The notes under the pieces: generated by a model | Databases searched by the model: none | What the model was told of the DNA's origin: nothing | What the model saw: only the letters and a program-made list of their open reading frames with translations | Shown: positions 38,545-53,411 of the stretch, in pieces | Layout of the letters: each line of letters begins with the position of its first letter | Numbering within the stretch: the stretch's first letter is position 1 | Source: Eledone cirrhosa | Taxonomy: Eukaryota | Assembly: GCA_964016885.1 (NCBI GenBank) | Contig: OZ024742.1 | Coordinates: forward strand, 122,760,001-122,824,000 | Reading direction: 5' to 3' | DNA: 64,000 bases | Made by a program: the position numbers and the translations under genes

Positions 38545-40934
38545 GCACAGTGTTGTGAAAAGCCAATAACAGCCGGTGAAATATGGGAAGCGATGGCTAA
38601 CTGCACGAGGGGTAAATCGCCATGTTTGGATGGTCTGCCCTACGAACTCTATGTATTTATGCCAGACTTGTTCGGTGACCTCTTGACAGATGTCTACTGC
38701 AACTGGCAGCAGAACGGGAGCATTCCCAGTTTTGTGAGCCGGGGAGCGGTGGCGCTGCTGAGAAAAGACCCGAACAAGGGGGATGTTATCGATAATTTCA
38801 GGCCCATAACTCTGCTAAACGCAGCGTTCAAGATTTTGGCCAAGATGTTAGCAACGAGGTTGGCGCTTGTCGTCAAGGGTCTGGTGGGAGAGGCGCAGAC
38901 ATGCGCCATTCCGGACAGATCCATACACGACAAACTCCACCTCATGCGATACATCATAGAGTGGGTGGTTAAGGAACCTGGCACGGGTGGGGCCCTGATC
39001 AACTTGGACCAATCTAATTATTCGATAGGAACGACCATCGGTACCTGGCGGCGGTCCTCGAGGCAGCCGGCTTCGGGCCCGTTTTCATGGGTTGGATCGC
39101 AGCAATGTACAGCGACATCTGCTCAGTTGTGAGGGTGAACGGTCACCTGTCGCAGCCGTTCAGCATCATGCGCTCAGTCCGCCAGGGTTGTCCCCTCTCG
39201 TCCCTCTTGTACGTATTGGCTCTCGAGCCGTTACTGCACAAACTGGGGGCCATTAGGGGCGTACCACGCGAACTAGGATGCGGGAAATCCGAGTGAGCTT
39301 ACGCCGACGACGTGACCGTGGTGGTGTCGAGCAGCAGACACGTCCAGATCCTCGGCACCGCTCTCAAGGAAAACGAAACGGTGACAAGAGCAAAGATAAT
39401 CCAGGGAAAGTCGATGGGCTTGCAGCTCGGCACCTGGAGAGGCAAGTCCATGCTGTCCGAAAGCGTTGTGGGGCGTTGGACGGACGGACCGGTTAAATTG
39501 CTCGGGGTCTGGTTCGAACCGGACCTCCAGATGGAGAAAAACTGGAACGAGGTGACGAGCAAGGTGGCCTCCCTCATCCAGAAATGGGCCGAGAAGAAGC
39601 TGTCCCTGAAAGGCCGGGCGGAGGTGGCAATTGTGTACATCGCTTCTGTCATCTGCTACCGCCTCACCGTCGTCCCTTGCCCCGGCCCAACTCTCACCAA
39701 AATGGAGCGCCTACTCTTCCGCTTTTTGTGGACGAGACGTGCTCACATGGTCAGACGATCAATCTGCTGTCAACACCCGTTGCGTGGAAGACTGGCAAGC
39801 CAAGGCTGATGATGCGCAAAGATGCGCTGAGGCTGCGACATCGCTGGCTCTTCTTTGACGGTGAACAGATGTGGTCGCCGTTTGCCAGGCACGTTTTCCC
39901 ACAGCTCGTCTCCTTGACGTTGCTGCAGTCCTGGGTTAGGAAAAGACGGAGGGATAGCGCTTGGAAATTGGAATATCTCCAGGCGCTCACCGCCCTCTGC
40001 CAGCTGGGCACCAATATCGGCGGAACATCCACCTCGGCGTTGTATAGAGGACTAGTGGAGGGGAAGAGCGACGACGTTCTCGGAGAGATCCTGGGCGTCG
40101 AAGAAGAACTTTCAGCCCAGGGCTTATGGATAACTTCCAAAAATCCCTGGTCTGGCAGTGCTACCGGGGAGCGTTGCCGGTTCGAGATAAGCTCTACAGG
40201 TACGGAAGTGCCGGCAGCCGAGACTGTCCGACAAGCGCGCAGAGCGACGCACCGTCGTGCACGCACTCATTCAGTGCCCGAGCATTGCTGACTTGTGGAG
40301 CTATGTCGAACAGTTGCTGTCGCGTGTAGGACCGATCCGGTTATCGACTGAGTCCATTGTGCAGATGGTCTCTCCGTCTTCCTTCGAGGAGGAAGGACAG
40401 GTGGTTTTCATCTGCCTGTTGGCCATGGCTAAAGAGATTGTGTGGTGGACAAGGTTGAAAAGGTTAAAGACAGACACTTTACTCTACGGTTAATCCTTGA
40501 TTAACTTTTCCAAGTTTCACTTGAAGATGAAAATCAGGGTGGAGAGGCAAGTGCTGTATTCTAGCAAGTTTGTTGAAAGGTGGGTAAATGTAGCGAGAAT
40601 GGTCCGAGTGAACGGGACCGCTCTGAATATACGCTTGTAATTTGAGGAATGGGAAAAAATTGAGAGAGGGCTCTTGCGCTGGTGGTCAGGGTGGCCGTGG
40701 CCTTTTGTGTGGTTTTCGCCACGAGTAACCATCAGAGGTTGCCCCCCTATTGGGGAATGTTTCATTGTTTCAATTTTCATTTTTATTGTTTATATATATA
40801 TATGTTTCTATGTCTTTTTCTTTTTCTTTTCTTATATAAATAATAAACATCTTTACACGCACAAACCCCACATCGTACCGTCTTGTACCGTCTGCAATGT
40901 TTTTCTTGATGTCAGCCCGTGTGGCCAATAAAGA

Positions 40935-40967
<33 letters not shown>
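38545..40967 (+). mobile_element. 5'-truncated L1/Tx1-like LINE (RT to 3' end, frameshifted) with (ATT)n
   Basis: ORFs 38593-39132, 39087-39296, 39312-39809 and 40257-40493 are homologous to the minus-strand copy; ends gtggccaataaagac(att)n. Confidence 0.92.
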
Positions 40968-41130
40968 CAACAATTTACATTCGGATTTCAAATCCTGGTA
41001 TCCTTGTGTTTGCATTTTGTCCTTCTGGTTTCGATCAAATAAGTGCCAAGTTCTTGGATCGATTAAATTGACATCATTCTCTCCCACAAATAAAATGGCC
41101 TCATGCCAAAGCTGGATTTCATTAATACAT

Positions 41131-41132
<2 letters not shown>

Positions 41133-41162
<30 letters not shown>

Positions 41163-41184
41163 GCTACTGCTACTGCTACTGCTG

Positions 41185-41252
<68 letters not shown>
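41133..41252. repeat. (CTA/CTG)n microsatellite
   Basis: Directly visible; explains the poly-L and poly-S ORFs. Confidence 0.97.
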
Positions 41253-42286
41253 GTTGGCGTGGCTCAATAACATTTTCGTTGTTTTTTTATTGTTATGGCA
41301 TTTATGTTATGTTGCCGATGTTAATATTATGTTATTGTTTATTTTATTGTTGCTGTTTTATGTTTTATGTATTGTGCGTATAAATTATTTACAGGGCAGA
41401 GACTTGGAGACGACAAAAATCTAACGTCGATCAATATAAAGATTTAAGCTGTATTTATTTAGTGTTGGATCGACCGACGTCGCCGACGCTCTAGTGTTCC
41501 TTTTGCAGGCTACAGTCAATCTTAATACCATGTGATTAGATCGGAGCGGAGATGGGAAATATCTTCTTGAAACAGTCTGGGTGGATTGTCCAACTGCTAG
41601 GCTAATGGCAACAGCCTACTCTAGCAAGTTAAATCGATAAATAAGACCAAGAGGTCACATAGGAGGAGGTTAATAGAATCGAATCGTTGGTATTGACTTG
41701 GGGCGGTGTTGATAATTCAGTTGGCATTGGGGAAGGGGAAGGATCTGTTTGAAACTGCAACAGTGTTAATAATGGTTGGAGGAGTTTGAGGTGTAGATCG
41801 ATTAAGAGGATGGTTGTTTGGTAACTAATGCGTAGTAGATAAAAGAACAATGATTTCTGCAGATTTGATAGTTATAGTTGGTTGTGTTGGTGATGTTATT
41901 GCTTATTGTAATGATGGTTGTAGGATGTGTTTGTTTTAGTTTATAAAAGGATAGATGGGGTTAACAAAACATTTATAATTTGTCATGGAGGCGGTACGTA
42001 TGGTATGAAGGTGAGAAGCTGGTGTGTATAGCAACTGCTCGTTAATAAAACCTAGGAAGTGCATTCCTTTATTTATCCCAAAGGACAATGCGTTAAAATG
42101 AAGGAGGGACTTTACAGTTATGATTTAGCTAGCAGCCGGATATCATAAAGAGGCGTGTTAAATGTAATATGCTATCATTGGCTGCATGATGATCTAAGCA
42201 AACGAATGTTCTCATACATACGTACCCACCCACACACTCACACACACAGAGGCGCGCGCAGTCACACATACATACACACCCACCCG

Positions 42287-42340
<54 letters not shown>

Positions 42341-45015
42341 GAGGAGTGCAGAAGATATTTGCGTGTGTGTGTGTGTGTATGTGTGTGTATGTGTGTATGT
42401 GTGTGTTTGTCCGCAGTATATTAACTACGTAGTTTCGCAAAAGCGCCGAATTAGGATCCCAATAAACCAACTCCAAAGAGACAAAGGGAATAACGCGGGT
42501 GCAATATAAGAAGGAGAAAAATAGATTTGGAGAAAATGATTATCTTTTTACCATATATGGAGAAACAAATACTTTACGACTTAACGAACGCTTAGTGACT
42601 GCTATTGCTTTAAGATGAATTTCTCTCATATGCAGTACCAGTCCCGTGGATAGTAGTTTTCCATAAACTCTAAAAGTTAATTTCCTTGTAATATGTGCAT
42701 ATTCAATGCAACGTCACTGTATTCATATTAAGTATTCCTTCCTTAGAAACAAACAAAAGTATTTTTAATGTTAATAACATATATTTATCTTTATTATTTT
42801 ATATCATTTATTTTCTGAACAAGAGGATCGTGGGATACATAGGAGGGTGTATTTATACGTATCGGGGTGATGTGCATCTGTGGATTCGTGTGTGTATGTA
42901 TATTTGTGTGTGAATGTGTGTTCAGATTTGAATCGGTGTGTGTATAAAAAATTGCTTTTCTAGTGTTATCTTCTGTTAGTTTTCTTTTGCATGCATTAAT
43001 CAAATGAGTCGCTGCTAGAAGATATTTGCAGCTAATTGTTTCTCGGAATTGAATCAAAATCACACCAGTTCATTTGTTAAGTATACATCCTAACCACTGA
43101 GATAATACTAGAACAGATTTGACTAATTCGACCAGAATATAACATTTATAGACATTTTAAAAGATGGCGTCAATGCTGATAGAATTGAAGTAGAGTACTT
43201 AGAATCTGTCATTGCAGCCAATTCGGCGATTTAGTAAAATCCAGCTATTTATTTTCTCAGCAATATTAAGTAAATATAGCTGTTGTCAGTCAGTACTTAT
43301 GTATCATAAGGAAATTAGTTATGTTTATACGACTATAAAACATAAAAAAACCTTTGTCAATAAGATTGAAAAGACTACTGACGAGTAAAAAAGAACAACA
43401 CATAAAATTGGATATCAAAACATCCTGTATGTTACATTTTACATGAGCCAAGAACCATCTGTATTTGTATTATGGTGTCTTTCTATAAAATAAATACACG
43501 TAACACCTATATATAATTTTATATGTTGTGATCATTACAGGGAGAGGGAGAAAGCAATATTCAAGGTGTTTGTCGTTAATGGCTGTCTATTTGCTTTCAG
43601 ATAAGGAATTGACAAACAATAGCTGTTAAGGCCAAGAGGGGAATACGAGACACTGTAGAGCCTTTCCAAGCATCAGTGTACAACCCTGTCAAAAGAGAAA
43701 AATTAAAACTTTTGGTCGATATAGTAGTTAATTCTGGGCCAAAATATTTAAGGGCGAGAAAAGGGATAATATCAGTAGGTTTCAAGACATCGGAAGTAGT
43801 TTTCCCTGCGGTACCTATGCATATAGTATCGAGTATCAGGTGGGATGTAAGAGAACAGATGACAGATTAAAAGGAACAATGTAAATTATGTGCAGCATAA
43901 AGTTCGATGAAAAGCGGGAAGCGATAGTGGAGTCAATCTTTACGGAAGTGCTGCACAGAGAACCATGGTGAACAAAATATGGACAAATAAGCATTCTGAC
44001 ATGTTTGTGCAGATATTTGGGAAAGTATGAAAACTTGAACCTTGTGTCATATAAAGAAACTTCCACAACAATTCGTCTACTGGACTTGCACGCGTTATGG
44101 TATTGGGTAAATACTGCTCATTTTTCGGGTGTACAAGACATTCCCCGGGAGGTGCAATCTCTGTATTTATTTTTAATGAAATGTTGAAGCACAGCTACTT
44201 ATTAGGAATTGGAGAAACCTGGGTGGTGGGTTTTTGTTTTTACGTTTCATAGCTTCCTCTAACGTGTGTGCATGCATAGGATTGACCAGACGCATTAAAA
44301 CGTAACAGAAAGATGTAAGCCACGCAGATGTAGAAGCCTCAATCATCCTAAACATTAGGCCAAGCTGCGCCATGAAATAGCTTGACTTACGTGATTTACC
44401 AATATGATAGATAGACAGCCAGATAGACATAATTATTATAGTTCGGCTAAATCTTGTAACGCTATTTCTCAATTTGAATATATATATATATATATATGAA
44501 TGTATGTATATATTGGATAATATACTGTATGTTTAATTAAAAATATTTTGAAGAACTTTCGCTATGAATTTTAAACAGAGTGACTATGTCACTTACTTAT
44601 TCTCGGCAAAACACAAAGAGGAGTAATCATTTTGTTCCAGCGGCAGCTGAGAGATATCAATGGACAATTGTTTCGGAGTTTTTGCTCCTAATCGAGGTTC
44701 TGTAATCTCGTTACTGCTACCCACTGAAACTGCTGTGTATATACAGTATTCTCAACTGTATACTTCGGCTGAGCAGATACACTTGCATAGCGAGCTATAT
44801 TACGCCTGTGTTAAAAAAACAAAGCCAGCCGTAAAATAGCTTGGGATACGGTTGGGAAAAAACAGCCACAATGGAGATAATTGTTAACTAATAATTTCCA
44901 GTTGCTCTGCAAATGAAAGTGATATATTTGCTGTATTGAATCATTTGTATGAATATATAATTATATAAATGGGTGTGTGTATGTGTGCGAGTGTATGTGT
45001 CTGTGTGTGTGTGTT

Positions 45016-45046
<31 letters not shown>

Positions 45047-45790
45047 ATGTGTATGTGTATGAGGTATATATGTGTACATGAATATGCTGTTAATTTAAAA
45101 CTGTCATATTGGGTTAGACGTGTGAAATAGAACAGTGAATTTGTATTTTCAAGGAATGCCATCTTCTGTCTTTCAAAACATTCCGGATATGCCACCATAG
45201 GTTCTCGAACTTTTACATTTCCAGTACATTATAACCTACACACACACCCTTTTCAGCATAGTTTGCAATTATAAAGTCAAAACAGGCCTAGCTGAAAGGT
45301 TTGACACCATTGCCGAAATACATTCGATATATTCCAGCATCTAAAATCTTTATTTTTGCTAAAAGTAGCATACCATAGGTTAAATAACTGCCTCCAGTGA
45401 AACAATGGCTGTCATTTACAGGGAATTTCACCAAAAGGACATCGGTTATAAAAATAATTAATATTATAATGTAGAGAAAATATATTGTTGTATCAAGTTG
45501 CATTTCCACATTCGCTATTGGCATTGCTATCCGTTTCTATGTGTTTATATGTCATTATCCATCGATTTCATAATGAAACTTCCGCCGTAGAAGATTACAA
45601 TAGGTGAACAGAATTTCAACATTCAAGCTTATGAAATGTTTTGTAAAACGATTGTTTCTTACCGGCTGAAAGATACGACTTAAACATGACATATAAGTAG
45701 TCATTCGTCTTTTGTGTACTTGTGACTCGAGTACGATTCCTACAAGTAAATTTACACACACACAATTAAATATGTAAACAGCCCCATCAG

Positions 45791-45842
<52 letters not shown>

Positions 45843-46579
45843 CACACACACACAAACCAGGAAATAAAAAAAATTGCTCATACACATATTTTCCAAACAT
45901 TCTTGATTGAAAGCCACCACTGATGCTATGCTCTGTTTTTTTCTCCCACCACAAAGGGATCTGTGATAGACAGGCCGTGGTACACACACGACATAATTTC
46001 TTTTACAACCCTACTTTTGCCAATCCCATTTACCTCCCTCACCCATTAGAATTTGTCTCTAGCTTATACTTCCCCTCTTCGCCACCAACATCTGAACTCT
46101 TGACCAATCCATTAACACAATTGAGATACACATACATATTTACAGAATATCTCCCTCACCTTAAAAACAATTTTGTTCTGTGTTAGAAAACAAAACTACC
46201 AGCGATGCTGCCGCTACGACCATGACTACCCCTCTCTATATATATACACAAGATCCCATTTTTCCAGTCTCCTTGTCAACAAGGAATATGGAAAACAATT
46301 TGCCTCAACACTTAATTATAAATATTTAATTTTTAATTTTTAATTCTTATTAAATCTTAATAAGATGGATTTTACTAATACATCAAAACCGGTTGTATAT
46401 ACATTATAAAACTCTTTAAAAGAAAAAAATCACCCCTTTTATTTTTTCAATAATGTCACTTTGAAGATTCAAAGAAAGGAAAAAAAAGGAGAAACAGATC
46501 CTTAAATATATTTTCCCTGCTATTTCTAATTTCACCTCTTCTCTATAACCAATCTTGTTTAGAAAGTTACTTCTCTTTT

Positions 46580-46681
<102 letters not shown>

Positions 46682-46791
46682 CCCGACCTCAATCGAGGGT
46701 AACCACATTAATAAGGTACTTAATACATAGAAGAGGATAAATATTTAAGGACTAGAAATGTTTCATTCGGGAGAAATTCCGAATATATAAA

Positions 46792-46971
46792 TAATTATTT
46801 CTACTTTTTGGCACAAGGTCAGCAAATACCCAGTGCATTACTGGTACTTTATTTTATCGATCCCGTAAGGATGAAAGGCAAAGTTAACCTCGGCGGGATT
46901 TGAAATCAGAATGGGAAGGGCGGTAACTCTATGCGTCAAAGCATGGCGTACGACCCTCTACCGATACTGCC

Positions 46972-46973
<2 letters not shown>
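46792..46973 (-). mobile_element. Near full-length tRNA-derived SINE
   Basis: Reverse complement of 56480-56653 including the A-box-like TGGCAGTATCGG and the B-box region. Confidence 0.85.
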
Positions 46974-47011
<38 letters not shown>

Positions 47012-47014
47012 ATG

Positions 47015-47090
<76 letters not shown>

Positions 47091-47095
<5 letters not shown>

Positions 47096-48008
47096 AAGAA
47101 TTCATATCTAGTAACATATATATACATACAGATACATATCAATGGTAGCAAATATATAGGTGTTGTCTTAATAACAGTGTGGTTCAATGCATGGGGTTGC
47201 AGAACAATAATATAAGAGACGTAAAATAAGAAAATTATAAAATTAACTTACTTACTAAAATATCACTTCCAACTAATTAGTTTCTGGAATGGAGTAAATA
47301 TATTTTCCGAAGAATAATATCGAGAAGCATTCCGTCGTCAGGAAAGTCTATTCTCATGTAAGTTTCCAGGCAAAGCGAGGACACTGGAAACTTATTAAAA
47401 AATAATTCAGTGTATAGGAAATAGCGAAGCGTGGACTGAATTCCAAGCCATTGAGAAAATCACTGCCTCTACGTCTGTGGCAAATTCAAAAAGAATCGAA
47501 CACGTGACATCCAGGTTAATCAGTGGAAAGTGGTTTGCTAATAAGACAGCGGCCTGCCTACAACCGTAGCAGCAGTCATGGCCAATATTGCTCGACAAAT
47601 AATTTGGAGATAATAATAAAGAATTCATATCTAGTAACATATATATACATACAGATGCATATCAATGCTAGCAAATATATAGGTTTTGTCTTAATAACAG
47701 TGTGGTTCAATGCATGGGGTTGCAGAACAATAATATAAGAGACGTAAAATAAGAAAATTATAAAATTAACTTACTTACTAAAATATCACTTCCAACTAAT
47801 TAGTTTCTGGAATGGAGTAAATATATTTTCCGAAGAATAATATCGAGAAGCATTCCGTCGTCAGGAAAGTCTATTCTCATGTAAGTTTCCAGGCAAAGCG
47901 AGCACACTGGAAACTTATTAAAAAATAATTCAGTGGATAGGAAATAGCGAAGCGTGGACTGAATTCCAAGCCATTGAGAAAATCACTGCCTCTACGTCTG
48001 TGGCAAAT
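47091..48008 (-). repeat. Direct duplication (~395 bp, 523-bp offset), each copy with a hammerhead motif
   Basis: 47091-47485 matches 47614-48008 almost exactly. Confidence 0.92.
47265..47347 (-). ncRNA. Type I hammerhead ribozyme motif (second copy 47788-47870)
   Basis: Minus strand: ACUUUC-CUGACGA-C-GGAAUG..CAUUCC-A-GAAAC-UAAUUA-GUU-GGAAGU. Confidence 0.7.
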
Positions 48009-48103
48009 ACAAATATATAGAAGAATATATATATATATATTTGTATATATATATATACAAATATACAAATTCAAATATATAGAAGAATATATATATATAT
48101 ATT

Positions 48104-48466
<363 letters not shown>

Positions 48467-48651
48467 TAAATAACTGCTCTGTAGAACAACTGATGTTATT
48501 ATATTGAGCTATTTATCTTACTGGTAATAAGGTAGTAATACATTACTGACCTTCACTGTTTAGGGTTTAAAATATACATAACTATAAAAAGTTTTAATAT
48601 ATACATAACCATAAATAGTATCTTAATATTTTATGAATGTATATATATATA

Positions 48652-49570
48652 TAACGAAGGAAATGTGGTAAGGAACCAGATGGACCATAACGCACCAAAG
48701 TACTCAATACTTGGAGTAGTAGAGTGGGTAATAGGAACGAGTAGGATCCCGGCGGCTGAGCTCAAGCCGTTTCGACGGCTAATTCTGGACTAAATGAACA
48801 TTTTTATCCTGGTACATGAATAGCCGAGCTTCTCAGAGGGTAATACCATATGTGGTAAAAGTGATTATCACAAGGATAGGTCAAAAGTTTGTTGATGAGA
48901 CACATAATTCTATCATGGCAATTTGTGGAAGGAAGGTGTAGCTGAACCTGCCAGTAGAAGAAAGAGGGAGAGGGAGGGGAGGAAACCCAGCCGTGCGTTG
49001 ACGGTGCCAACCGCTGTAGGATCCTAAGGGCAGGAGGTGAAGAAAGTATACTAGGGAGGGGGAGGAGGAGGAAGTAGAAACAGTAAGTAAATCAATATGG
49101 AGCAAATATATAGAAGAATAATAAGAATGTTAAAAATATAAAAAACAATTTCTGGTTACCATTCCCTTACCACCATCATCGAGGCTCTCACTGGCACTGC
49201 TAAACTATAGAGAAGTTTACTAGGTGTGTTGGAATTGTAGTGGGAGAAATTTATGAGTTAGTAGTAATCAACCGAATCTATCTTACAGTGACGGGTCAAC
49301 AAGTAGGGGGCCAAAATACTAAAGAAACTACTACGAAATAATAATTCAGAGTCCCGAAACTAATACGAGATAATAATTCAGAATCCCGAAAAAGAATACT
49401 AATACTATATATAAGGGTGCCGCTACGATACAAAAATTCTAATACAAACTACATGGATGCTCGTACGATATATAAGAAAAATTTGATACGGACAAATGAT
49501 TCAGACCCCCCCCCCCCCTCAGCCGTCGGTGTCCTGACTCTTTTCCTATTACCCACTCTAACAAGAAATA
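48652..49570 (-). mobile_element. PLE terminal repeat family B copy with a short inverted piece at 49518-49560
   Basis: Reverse-complement homology to ~61630-62442 and direct homology to 60236-60690. Confidence 0.85.
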
Positions 49571-51837
49571 TTAAAATACTTGAAAGACCAGGTATTCCTA
49601 TAATACCCTAATTAATAGAACACATCCGTTAAAAAACCAAACTACAAAATCATTGACCACTCCCTGTGACTGAAAAAAACAACAACTTTTTTAGGATTGT
49701 TTGATATGATACTTCTACTGTCTCGATACTTCTCAGCGGCCACCTCGAGAGTTATTGGTGTGTGTGAGTGTATGCCTTGCCCTAACTTGGGCTTTGGATT
49801 CATATATTTTTTTTTTTATTTCGTTGAGCTTTTGGTCCATGATCGTTGGCATAACGTCCTAAATATTGTCCCCACTTGATGGCGAATGATACTGTATCAT
49901 ATATGGCAGCACATTGCCATTACGAGGAGGGTAATTCTACTACTAGCCCCATTGACTTAGTCCCACAGACCCTTTTGGGGCTACCTAATTCTAAAGTGTG
50001 ACCCCCCCCCCCTATTACCGGAATTAAGTACACTGCCCGCTCCCCATACTTTTTATTTATGTTGCTCGTACATAGGTTGTAGACACCGTGCTTGCACTTT
50101 GGGATAATTTTGAGTTCCCTTTACCATAGAACCTATTTTTATACTATTTTTTATACTATCTGTTTAACTACACTCCCCCATATTGGAATTAGTAAAGATA
50201 TCCCTGGGCTTATTGTCATACCATAAGGTAACCACGATTCAATAGTCTTTAGTATGACACACTTGAATATTCTGAAGGTCCAATAATAATTAATAATAAT
50301 ATAGTTTTTTTTAGTTTTTTTATTTGTACAAATATTGTTGAATTAGTATGATTATTAGTTGGCGATAAAATTTAAATTTTTGGTGGCAGTTCGAATTAAA
50401 TAGCCTTATAGTTAACACGTTAGAGTAGCCCCCCCCCCTTTCTTTACCACTGTAACGTCGCCTTGGTGACTGAAGGGGGTAACACTCCGTATGTAAATGA
50501 CGTCATGAATTGATGTATATATACCCAAAGCTGTGAAAAATGACGTAACGTGTGTTTAGCTTCTACGTCATTAATTGATGTGTTTATGCACATAGCGGTG
50601 AAGAACGAAGTAGCGTGTGTTTATTTTTGATGGAGCAGAATTCTTAAATCTCCGCGGGGGTATGTAAGCTGTCTTAGATAATTTGTTATGCCTCTTTGGG
50701 TATGACCCCACCTAATAGACATATTGGGCTACTTGGTAGACTTACTGATTTGAGCAATTTGTGTTATTTTCTATTTTGTATAGATTGTTAGTCCACGTGC
50801 CGTATTGGTCAACAGTGAATTACTGCTACGCTTAACCTGACATTATCTTGATGTATTGCAGCTGGATTGGGTGTGGCGAATTTGGTTGTACAGAATCTGA
50901 ACCTGTGACTTGGATACATTGTGCCTCACGATTTGGGATTTTGAACATGCGGGGATGTTTTTGATGCGTGTATTCAACCTATATTGCATGTTACTACATG
51001 TGATGTTTTGTTTTGGTGATCGTATAAATCCGATTGGATTGACCTTTAAGGACGATCTACATATGTTGTAAACTCTGGATCGAATTACTATCTACGGATA
51101 ATCCACTATCTTTATAACTCCTAGACAATCGAAGCATATGAAACTGATTGGACTAACGTCTTCGGTAGATATGAATATGTCGTGACTCGCCAGATGTGTG
51201 TTTTTTCAGGAACTAAACCATTTTTGTTATGTCATTTGCTTTAGCCTAATCATGCAATAACCCTACTTTGCTTGTGTTTGGTCTGTATTTATTTATTTAT
51301 GTGGTGCCTGTATATATACAGGTATAGCATAATTCCGTAACCTACTAGTATACCTTGATTATATATACTATGGGAAGGAATAAAATCCCAATTGGGATTT
51401 CTGAAGGGACCTTTGGAGCATTTTAGTATTTTTTTAACTCTAAGTTATGGAGAACTAAATCACTTGTTGTATATAGTGACCAACGCATAGCTTCTTCTGT
51501 TTTCTGTGTGCTTTAAAAACATTTTTCTTTTTCATTTAAACATTTTTTTTATCTCTTTATATTATTATTATTATTATTTTCCTTTTACTTTATTATTATA
51601 TATTTTAACTATTGTTTATATTTTTGCTTTTGTTTGCCCTCACGTGCTTCTGCATCTTGTGAAAAAATCTGCCTGAACAATTGCATTTAGCTGTAGTGCT
51701 GAATAATAACCCCACTATGGATTCTCTCGATACTCGGCATTTCCGATCTCCCTCTTGCTGCCCTCTATTGTATTTCTAATGTTCATGTGACGAAGATCGG
51801 TAGAGCCTATACTCAGCATTGTGATTTTATTTTTAAA

Positions 51838-51890
51838 GCTCTGATGATTCCTACCCAAAGGTATGGATGAAACATTGTTAGCAAATAAAA
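51838..51890 (+). ncRNA. Minimal hammerhead-like motif followed by AATAAA (PLE pLTR type)
   Basis: GCU-CUGAUGA-UUCCUACC-CAAA-GGUAUGGAU-GAAAC-AUU-GUU-AGC-aAAUAAA; stem I only 3 bp. Confidence 0.55.
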
Positions 51891-52007
51891 ATGGTATGAG
51901 TATGTAGGCGTTCTTTGATTTATTTTACATATAACGGCTCTGTTCTCGTATATATAAATACGACACGGTGCAGGTGCGTTTATGCGCACACGCTCAGTGG
52001 TCTACGT

Positions 52008-52070
<63 letters not shown>

Positions 52071-52172
52071 GTTCAGAAAAGATTGTTTTGTTAAAAACAG
52101 GAATAAGCAGGAGAAAGCTCTCATCAATCGTAGTTTTTAGTTATGATCGAGTATTTTATAAAAATAACAATA

Positions 52173-52516
52173 ACAAAATAAGATGCATGCTGAGGTTACA
52201 TATTTCGTTTAATCATTATAATTATTTCTCCGGTTCTCCATGCAATCGAGATGCCCTTCATGCATTTGCTCTTGATTATGAGAAAGGTATCCTCAGAGGA
52301 ATAATCGATATGTTTGATATTTCGCTGGCAGGAAAAACCACACGTCCTATTGCTGTTTTTTCCTGCCAGCGACATATCAAACTTATCGGTATTTATCTGT
52401 GGATACCGTTCTCAAAATCAACAGCAAATGCATGAAGGGCATCTCGATTGCATGGAGAACCGTGGAACAAATTATAATGATTAAATGATATATGTAACCT
52501 CAGCATCTTATTTTGT
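52173..52516. repeat. Inverted repeat/foldback (~165-bp arms, ~18-bp spacer)
   Basis: atgctgaggttacatat...cgctggcaggaaaaa / tttttcctgccagcg...atatgtaacctcagcat. Confidence 0.9.
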
Positions 52517-53411
52517 GATATATATATATATATATATATATCACATTCGCCGCTGATATGGGTCCTGAACACGTGCACACCCTTAGGTCACATTATGGTC
52601 AACTCCAGGAATCGGTGATAATTTACAAAAAGGTGTGATGATCAATGACCTGGAAGTTGGCTTACCATGAGATTAGTCCGAAGAATAAAACCCAAATCGT
52701 ATGTTGACGAATATTCGTACTCCCGGCATGTTAATTGTAACATGCCGTCTTTGAGAGTAGAGTTTAATCTGTCGATATTTCGAAGTGTCGGATGGTGGGA
52801 AGATTAACACGAATTAAGAAGATATGACTTCTCCCCCATTATTGACACCTTGCAACAATGATTGTTACAAGGATCTCTTTAGGGCCAACACTCTGATTGT
52901 TTATCCGACTTATTATGGTGTGTTTTCTCGGGTTAGATCTCCTATAGGGGAAAAACGGGATGGTTTTATTAAATTGATTCATTCATTCGAAGGCTTTTAC
53001 AAACGGTGATATACAGGGTGCTTGAACAGTACTTGAATATTTTCACTTGGTTATAATTTCGTTAATAATTGCGATGACTTGCTCAATTGTTCTGTATTTG
53101 TTCTTGAACTCTAAGGCTTTTCTTTGCTATTATTATGCATACGTTTGTTGAATAAGTTCGATACTCTTCGAGCTCAAACTTTCCCGGCTTTTTCATTCTG
53201 AATGAAGAAAGCTGGATGCAAGAAGGACTTATGACTTATAAACAGCTATTGATAGTTCCACCCAGAAAATTGATCTGCCATAAACACCCCTAGCAAACGT
53301 ATTGGAAATCCAGTATGGGCTTCCAGGGTCGCTAGAACTTTCAGGCGCACTCTGGGTCTGCGATTAACCCCACCTTTCCCGGGTATTACCGGGTACTGCA
53401 GCTAGTTCTAT

